The notes below the pieces were generated by a model. That model saw only the letters and a program-made list of their open reading frames with translations. It had not been told where the DNA came from and ran no database searches. A stretch of 64,000 nt of DNA from a virus (taxonomy: Duplodnaviria > Caudoviricetes), in IMG/VR virus record IMGVR_UViG_3300006127_001273, positions 32,001 to 96,000 of that record; one strand, 5' to 3'. Positions 57,546 to 64,000 of this stretch are shown here, piece by piece. A program made the position numbers and the translations under genes. The first letter of the stretch is position 1. The number at the start of each line of letters is the position of its first letter.

Positions 57546-60500
57546 TTATCCTTGGTCAAATGTATTTTTTGCATTATCAAACGATGCATTATATGTATCT
57601 AATGTAACTGTTGTTTTATTACTTTCATATTTATTGATACCGGTATACCAAATACCCGGCGTTTCTTTTAAGAACAATGCGATTTTGTTATTATCATATA
57701 AAATATTAGTTGTAGAATCCCATTCAACGAGTGTTCGTTTGATTACTGTAACTCGTGTACCTACCGCAAGTAAATTTGTTAATCGAATTTCCTTACTAAC
57801 CCCATCAACTGCAAAGTCCGCATCAAATCGGATGTCTCCTTCTGGGCTAGTCGGTGCTTGATTAACATTAAACATGCTATATGGCTCTTTTCTTAACCGT
57901 ATGTTACCGATAAAGAATGTCCATCGTGTAGAATCATCCCTAAAATATGATGAACTAGTATGTTCACTAATGCATCGATAGCTATAAGATCCCACATTAA
58001 CAATTGTTCCAACTGTATAATGAACGTTTGATGCCCATGTTAATGAATTATCGTATCCGCCAACAAATACTTCAATATCATTACATTGCTGATACCCTAC
58101 CGGAATCGAAGAATACAACTCCCAATATTGGCCATTTGTTGGTACAATAGATGTTGGATTTACTGTACTAGCAACATATGATAACATGTTGACATAATAG
58201 TATCCGTTATACGATACTACATCATTAACCGAATACCCAACGGTGTTACTAAATGAACCCTTTAATGTATATCCATAATCAGTAAACCACGAATTGTTAA
58301 CTGTTAAAGACGGTACAAAATTTATCGGAATTATATGATTATGATTATTAGCATTAGTTATAGTATATTGTTCAACTATTGTATTATCTGCATACGGAAT
58401 ATTTTCATCTGATCCAATATCTTGTACATACGATCCTGCTTTATGTACAGGAGATACACCGGTACCTAATGTGCCTCTTCTTAGTTGTCCTAACACATAA
58501 AATATAAGAATACCGTTTTCTCTATGTTCATTTATAGTAAAGTATTCGATGCGTTCTCCTCGAATTTCAACTACACCTGGACGATTTTTTGAAGGATTTG
58601 GCAGCGTAAAGGTACTAGCATCAACTACTAATATTGTTGTGTCGTTATATAAAAGATCACTATATAATTTTGAACGTTTATTTAAACTTAATCTCTTATA
58701 TTGATATCGATTTAACATATCTTTAAACTGCATGTACGATATGCCCGATTCTAATATGTTATCATCAAATGTGATTAACGTAAATTCGTCATTAGTATTA
58801 GGCGCTGCTGCTAAAGTAACGCTACTTCTGTCGTCATTTAATCTAAAATCAATACTTGGAGTTAAAATCTTAGAATTCCTAATAATCCAAATATAATCAT
58901 CGTCAACTACTGTTCGTCCTAATTGTAGTTGTCCATTGAATATTTTTAAATGTGTAAAATAATCAATTGTATTTGGAGTTAAGGAATTATTAGTCGTTAC
59001 GTTTATTGCTGTACGATTAATATTTAACACGTCATGTTTATAGAAACTAATAATTTCAACTAATTCATTATTATACTCAACATCAAATGTAATCGATGCC
59101 ACCGACGATGTAGTTGCCGGAGTATAAAAATATCCCGGATGTTGTTTAATACTAATAGTCAACTCGGCACCAACATACTTTTTAGCAATAGTTTTTGTAA
59201 TCTTAATTGACATATTACTGCCGTCGAAAATATAATCAGTATTTGGTTTTAATACCGCTGTTCCACTAATAATAACCGAAACATCATTGACGTCGGCGGT
59301 GTTAGGTAATGCAGCATCTGATGATATAGTATAAATTAAATCAGCATTAGTAGTTGCTTTCCTAATAGTGTGATATATGTTATTCGGTCCTTTTAGAATA
59401 TCTTGACCGACCCGTACAAGCATATTAGATTCATATGGTTTTGAATCACCGATTGTATTCTGCAACGGATATACTAGCGATCCGTTAGTCTGGATAGTTT
59501 CGGATTCCATTATCGAATATGTTTGATCACTTCCGCTCACAATAATATAACTAATTTGGTCACCGACTGCTGGAGGAGTATTAAAGTTTATTCCTACTAA
59601 TTTTGCAAGTTCATATGTGTCATCAGTCTCAAATATTTCATAATTTTTAGAACTTAACATGTTACCGTTGACAAAAATTGATATGGTTAATAAAGCTAAC
59701 CAAGGTGCAGTAGTGATATATTGATCTGTCACTCCGTCGCCGACAAACGAGTTAAAGTCTAAAATATTTGATCCGCTAACCCCAAACGAAGTAATAGAAA
59801 CAATAGTTCCAGTTATAGGAGGGTCAACTAATACTACTGTTCTAACATTAAATTGATAATCTATAGTGTATTCATCCTTAGACAAAATCGTAACATTAGT
59901 ATATTGGTTAGTAGGATTATCATACCCAGAAATTAATTTAACCAATAATGCTTGTCTGTTATTAGGGTCTTGTGTAATCTCAAATTCTGTTCGACTACCG
60001 TCCCCAATAAATGTATCTGTTTTAATTTTTGCAGAACCGCTAAAAGGACGATCATATACCTTAATTGCAACAGTATCAACAACTTGTCCAGGAACAATTT
60101 CTTCTGTTGCAGAACTAGTTGTCTGAGTAACGAAGCCATCGCCATCTATAATAATGTCATCCGCTGCAAGCCCAGTTGCAGTAGTATACACCCCACCGAT
60201 GTTAGATAATGCTCCGCCATTTATTGCAGTATCATAATCGTCAGGTATAGGAGCCAACGATCCATCACTTGTACTTTGTCTAAAGATAAATGTATCTCCG
60301 ATATGTACTGTAAATGTGTTCGGTACGCTAACTGTAGAAGTACGGCCGTCCATTATAATCGGAGGCATTATTGCATAAGGGTTATCCCACTGCGCATGTC
60401 CTATAAATCCAGGGTTATCTAATCTCACAGCGTTTACTTTATTAGTACCGTTTGGTGCATAATATACATTAATTTCTGTTCCCGAAGCCGGAACATAAGG

Positions 60501-63500
60501 TAACGTAAAAGTATGTGTAACTGAAGTCAATGTTACAATATAATCTGTAAATGTATCATCTGAACTGTCCCATCTATCACTAAAATATGGAGAACCGTCC
60601 CATCCGTAATACATGTCGAACCCGATTCCATTAACAGTTACCCCGCCGTAATCAACTCCGGACATTAACTGATCTAGGTCTTTACCTGTCTCACCTGTTG
60701 CAGGATCATAATAATACTGAATTCTGTCCGCTGCATTTAAAACCAACCAATCTTTAATGTAAGTAACTTCGATAATTGACCCTTTAATTGGGGCAGTATT
60801 AAATGTTATTAATCCAGAATATCTTGTATATCCTGATGACTTCGATTTAACAACTGTCAATGTGTAATCATCTCTTAATACATTAGAACCATTTACAGTA
60901 ACTGAAGAATAACCAACACGTACATCAGGAGCCCATGCTAAAGTAAATTGCTTCTTAGATCCAGTTCCAATTGCTGTTTCAAGTTCCTGTAATTCTGTTA
61001 TAAAGTATTTTTGTGTAGTTCTATCAAACTTAATACTAATTAAATTAGAACGTACTACTCCGTTGCCTATTTTTGCAATTACTTTAGCAGGAGATCCCGA
61101 AGACGACAAACCACCGTTAATTTTAACTGTTGGTACACTTAGATATTTTGAACCGCCATTAATCAGCACGATTCTATTTACAGTTCCTTTTGCAATATAT
61201 GCAATTGCATGTGCGCCCGATCCACTATTACTAGTAATTTCAACAGTCGGTTGGGTGATATATCCGTTACCGCCGTCGACTATTACTAATTCAGTAATAC
61301 TAAATCCAACATTATCTGCCCAAAACTTCCACGGATATGTTTCAGTTATAGTATCATATGACACAATTGTATCGTTCGAAACTTCTACTAATGCTGGAAC
61401 TAATTTACCGTTTTCTAATACTGTCGGTAAGTCAAAATCGGTTGCTGCTTGATAGTTAATATCTACTGAATTGTAATTACTTACGTATTCTCTAATTTTT
61501 GTTCTGTAAGGTTTTACCTCAGACACATATGATTGAAAATCAGCTAAATGATCATTATTGTACGTAACTTTTTGAATTAAACTACCAACATTGTGTTCAG
61601 CTTTGATAAAACTAGTTTTGAATATCCAGTCAACATATAATTGTTCACTAAGGATATATCGTACAGATGTAAAGAATAAATTTAAGTACTCTTGAACTAA
61701 ATCACCAACAAAGATATCATACTTAAATGCCTCAAATATGTATCTTAATTCAGTTGATGCATAATCGTCGTATACTTCTAAATCATACAATGAACTATCA
61801 TACCCATACACAGTATTATCAAATTCGTACAACGACGAACTAAGTTGAATGGTACCATCCTGTAATCCAACAATACTATAACTTTGTGTCCAATCAATAC
61901 TAGACGAGTCAGCATATTTTTCTAAAAGAACCCATTTACCAGAATTATTAGTTAATACTTTAACTAAACTACCAACCAGTGAATATAGATCTTTTAATTC
62001 AATAAATGTGTTAACTACAAAATTAACTACTGTAAATTGATTGTAACCAGGGGCATACCAATCAGTATAATTCCAGTATTGGGTTGTGTCATATGCCTGG
62101 GTATCAACTTTTGACCAAACAGTATTAATCGAATCATAATAATAAATGCTCCACTTATTTTTTGCGGTTGAATCATTTCTTACTAATGTTGAATACGTTC
62201 TAACCGACAATATTGTACTACTATCATATCCAATTCCAGACGATATGATTTCAACTCCATTGATTTGCCCATACGAATTAATTTTAGTTTTTAAAATTGC
62301 ACCAGATCCCGATCCAACTATGTCAATAAACGGAGCGTTAATATATCCTTTTCCTGCATCAACAATAACTATATCGATTATTCTGCCATTAACGATAGTA
62401 GGAACAATCGATGGCATTACAAAATCGCTAATATTAATATAACTTAATTCTTCTACGGTATCAATAACTGTGTCATACACTCCGTCAACCGTCGTCGGTA
62501 TTGGTTGTGCTGCCTCTAATCTTGATAAATCATATTGATTAACAATTTGATGTTTAATTAAAACGCGATTTGCTTGTTCAATGACTTGCTTTAACGCTTC
62601 AAATCGATTAACAACCATACTTTGACGAGGACGATTCTCAACACCATATCGAATTTTCACCGGTAATTGTAAATCTGGAACGGTACGATTCTTTGCATCA
62701 GTACCACATAAACTATCGATCCACTTTTGTTCAATTAATTCAGGTAATTTAGTAGTAGGATCAGTACTAATTAATTCCCACTGGCTATGAATATTTTGAT
62801 CAATCTTGTCAATAATCCAGTATTGTACCGACAATACTATATCGCTACTTTGTAGTAACGGTTTAACATTAAATAAACTAAATGAATTAACACCAGTAAA
62901 GGCAATAAATTCATACCCGTTACCGCGAGGGTTGCTAATTAAATTAGCAACGTCATTTGCCGAAATATTTCTATTACTTACATCCGGTACTAATGTTTTA
63001 TTTTTAACCCAAAAATAATATGTATTAGAAAACACCTCATTCAATTCATCATATTTTGTAATTATTGAGTATGCACTATTTCCATATAGGCTAGTACCAC
63101 TAATACCTCTTGCTAGTCCAGCTGCTGTGTCAGTTGTTGCATCCCAATCCGATGGTAAAATTGATGATTCAACCCATTCATAAATATCGATACTTGCGCC
63201 CGGGAATAGTTGATTCCATGTGTTATTTCTATAAACTACATCAGAATCATAACAGTTAAAGAATTTTGCAGTTCTTAAATCCCACCATAATTGCCCAACT
63301 TGTGCAGTCGTCCATGCTTGCCCTGAGCTACTAGGAATGGTGCCATCGCTATTTGAATATACTGCCGGATCAAAATAAGATTTGTACGTTAGTTCTTCGT
63401 CGGCGACTCCTAAGATTTTACCCTGTAACGGGTCAACGACATCAAGATGTGTGACTATCGTATCTGTTTTTTTGTTATATAAAAACGCCTTCTTTATCTT

Positions 63501-63998
63501 CTTTACATCAACTTTATCAATTTCTTGATTAACGATAGTCCATGTAAATGAATTAATCGGTTTTTTATATTCGTACACAATACCCGATCTAACATTAAGA
63601 TCAAATCCGTATATAGAACTTAGAATAACAGTATCGTCGCCTGTTGATATACTGTATCCATATTGCGACTCGTTATCATCTAAATTGTCTAAACTTTCAG
63701 TAAATATCCAATACGAACCATATTGATCATAAATGTCAACGCGGCCTTCACCTTTAGTAGCTAAGGAGAATATTGTCGATTTTTCATCAAATGTTGTATT
63801 GTTTTCATCAAATATAATCGGATCATATCTTACCGAACTACGACTAAAGACCACTAATGTATCAAAATCATTCATGAATGAAACGTAACTACCAAAATGC
63901 TGAGAAGTTTCGGGAGCTATATTAGTAATCTTTTGATATGGTACATATTGTGTATCTCCATATTCGTATATTTCTACTTTACCTTCATTAATTTTTAA
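57546..63998 (-). CDS. Very large baseplate wedge/structural protein (>2100 aa), 5'-truncated by the window edge
   Basis: The frame stays open past 63875 to the window end; 'GxGY..P.V.I...GSGA' repeats and 'RGTLGT...H..GS.V'. Confidence 0.7.
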   Translation of the reverse strand, partial: LKINEGKVEIYEYGDTQYVPYQKITNIAPETSQHFGSYVSFMNDFDTLVVFSRSSVRYDPIIFDENNTTFDEKSTIFSLATKGEGRVDIYDQYGSYWIFTESLDNLDDNESQYGYSISTGDDTVILSSIYGFDLNVRSGIVYEYKKPINSFTWTIVNQEIDKVDVKKIKKAFLYNKKTDTIVTHLDVVDPLQGKILGVADEELTYKSYFDPAVYSNSDGTIPSSSGQAWTTAQVGQLWWDLRTAKFFNCYDSDVVYRNNTWNQLFPGASIDIYEWVESSILPSDWDATTDTAAGLARGISGTSLYGNSAYSIITKYDELNEVFSNTYYFWVKNKTLVPDVSNRNISANDVANLISNPRGNGYEFIAFTGVNSFSLFNVKPLLQSSDIVLSVQYWIIDKIDQNIHSQWELISTDPTTKLPELIEQKWIDSLCGTDAKNRTVPDLQLPVKIRYGVENRPRQSMVVNRFEALKQVIEQANRVLIKHQIVNQYDLSRLEAAQPIPTTVDGVYDTVIDTVEELSYINISDFVMPSIVPTIVNGRIIDIVIVDAGKGYINAPFIDIVGSGSGAILKTKINSYGQINGVEIISSGIGYDSSTILSVRTYSTLVRNDSTAKNKWSIYYYDSINTVWSKVDTQAYDTTQYWNYTDWYAPGYNQFTVVNFVVNTFIELKDLYSLVGSLVKVLTNNSGKWVLLEKYADSSSIDWTQSYSIVGLQDGTIQLSSSLYEFDNTVYGYDSSLYDLEVYDDYASTELRYIFEAFKYDIFVGDLVQEYLNLFFTSVRYILSEQLYVDWIFKTSFIKAEHNVGSLIQKVTYNNDHLADFQSYVSEVKPYRTKIREYVSNYNSVDINYQAATDFDLPTVLENGKLVPALVEVSNDTIVSYDTITETYPWKFWADNVGFSITELVIVDGGNGYITQPTVEITSNSGSGAHAIAYIAKGTVNRIVLINGGSKYLSVPTVKINGGLSSSGSPAKVIAKIGNGVVRSNLISIKFDRTTQKYFITELQELETAIGTGSKKQFTLAWAPDVRVGYSSVTVNGSNVLRDDYTLTVVKSKSSGYTRYSGLITFNTAPIKGSIIEVTYIKDWLVLNAADRIQYYYDPATGETGKDLDQLMSGVDYGGVTVNGIGFDMYYGWDGSPYFSDRWDSSDDTFTDYIVTLTSVTHTFTLPYVPASGTEINVYYAPNGTNKVNAVRLDNPGFIGHAQWDNPYAIMPPIIMDGRTSTVSVPNTFTVHIGDTFIFRQSTSDGSLAPIPDDYDTAINGGALSNIGGVYTTATGLAADDIIIDGDGFVTQTTSSATEEIVPGQVVDTVAIKVYDRPFSGSAKIKTDTFIGDGSRTEFEITQDPNNRQALLVKLISGYDNPTNQYTNVTILSKDEYTIDYQFNVRTVVLVDPPITGTIVSITSFGVSGSNILDFNSFVGDGVTDQYITTAPWLALLTISIFVNGNMLSSKNYEIFETDDTYELAKLVGINFNTPPAVGDQISYIIVSGSDQTYSIMESETIQTNGSLVYPLQNTIGDSKPYESNMLVRVGQDILKGPNNIYHTIRKATTNADLIYTISSDAALPNTADVNDVSVIISGTAVLKPNTDYIFDGSNMSIKITKTIAKKYVGAELTISIKQHPGYFYTPATTSSVASITFDVEYNNELVEIISFYKHDVLNINRTAINVTTNNSLTPNTIDYFTHLKIFNGQLQLGRTVVDDDYIWIIRNSKILTPSIDFRLNDDRSSVTLAAAPNTNDEFTLITFDDNILESGISYMQFKDMLNRYQYKRLSLNKRSKLYSDLLYNDTTILVVDASTFTLPNPSKNRPGVVEIRGERIEYFTINEHRENGILIFYVLGQLRRGTLGTGVSPVHKAGSYVQDIGSDENIPYADNTIVEQYTITNANNHNHIIPINFVPSLTVNNSWFTDYGYTLKGSFSNTVGYSVNDVVSYNGYYYVNMLSYVASTVNPTSIVPTNGQYWELYSSIPVGYQQCNDIEVFVGGYDNSLTWASNVHYTVGTIVNVGSYSYRCISEHTSSSYFRDDSTRWTFFIGNIRLRKEPYSMFNVNQAPTSPEGDIRFDADFAVDGVSKEIRLTNLLAVGTRVTVIKRTLVEWDSTTNILYDNNKIALFLKETPGIWYTGINKYESNKTTVTLDTYNASFDNAKNTFDQG

Positions 63999-64000
63999 AC

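Noticed and set aside
1-64000. Alternative genetic code, introns/inteins, tRNA genes
   Set aside because: Genes are full length and tightly packed under the standard code; PolB, ClpA, ThyA and PhoH are uninterrupted; no cloverleaf was seen in the short intergenic gaps by eye (tRNAscan not run).

Overview
This is a 64-kb, AT-rich fragment of a large tailed dsDNA phage with T4-like (myovirus/jumbo-type) organisation. The spanin pair points to a Gram-negative host. The + strand (about 1-43.5 kb) carries, in order: the end of a structural operon; replication and nucleotide genes (a short DnaE-like fragment, GroES, clamp loader, APS-kinase-like protein, dCMP deaminase, HNH, and PhoH on the - strand); a lysis cassette (GH19 endolysin, spanins, holin-like protein and extra envelope proteins); DnaJ and ClpA; a block of probable capsid-internal proteins with T4-like (I/L)xE processing motifs, one with a nucleotidyltransferase signature; DsbA, PolB and a probable sliding clamp; a 7-deazaguanine DNA-modification locus (DpdA/TGT-like, QueD-paralog with LxxxHRHxF, GT-B glycosyltransferase, purine PRTase, FolE, TauD-like dioxygenase, QueE, with no QueC or canonical QueD in the window); RNase H; a MoxR-AAA/vWA-metallopeptidase pair; DHFR and ThyA. 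The - strand (43.5-64 kb) carries a baseplate/tail-fibre operon ending in four glycosyltransferase-like genes. Intergenic DNA holds about 10 near-consensus sigma70 promoters, a T4-like TAAATA late-promoter motif and several candidate cis-regulatory RNA structures. The best candidate for an undescribed system is the deazaguanine locus extended by a glycosyltransferase, PRTase and dioxygenase, followed by the tail-linked glycosylation cluster. No tRNA, rRNA or CRISPR array was seen. All calls come from motif recognition by eye; no database searches were run.
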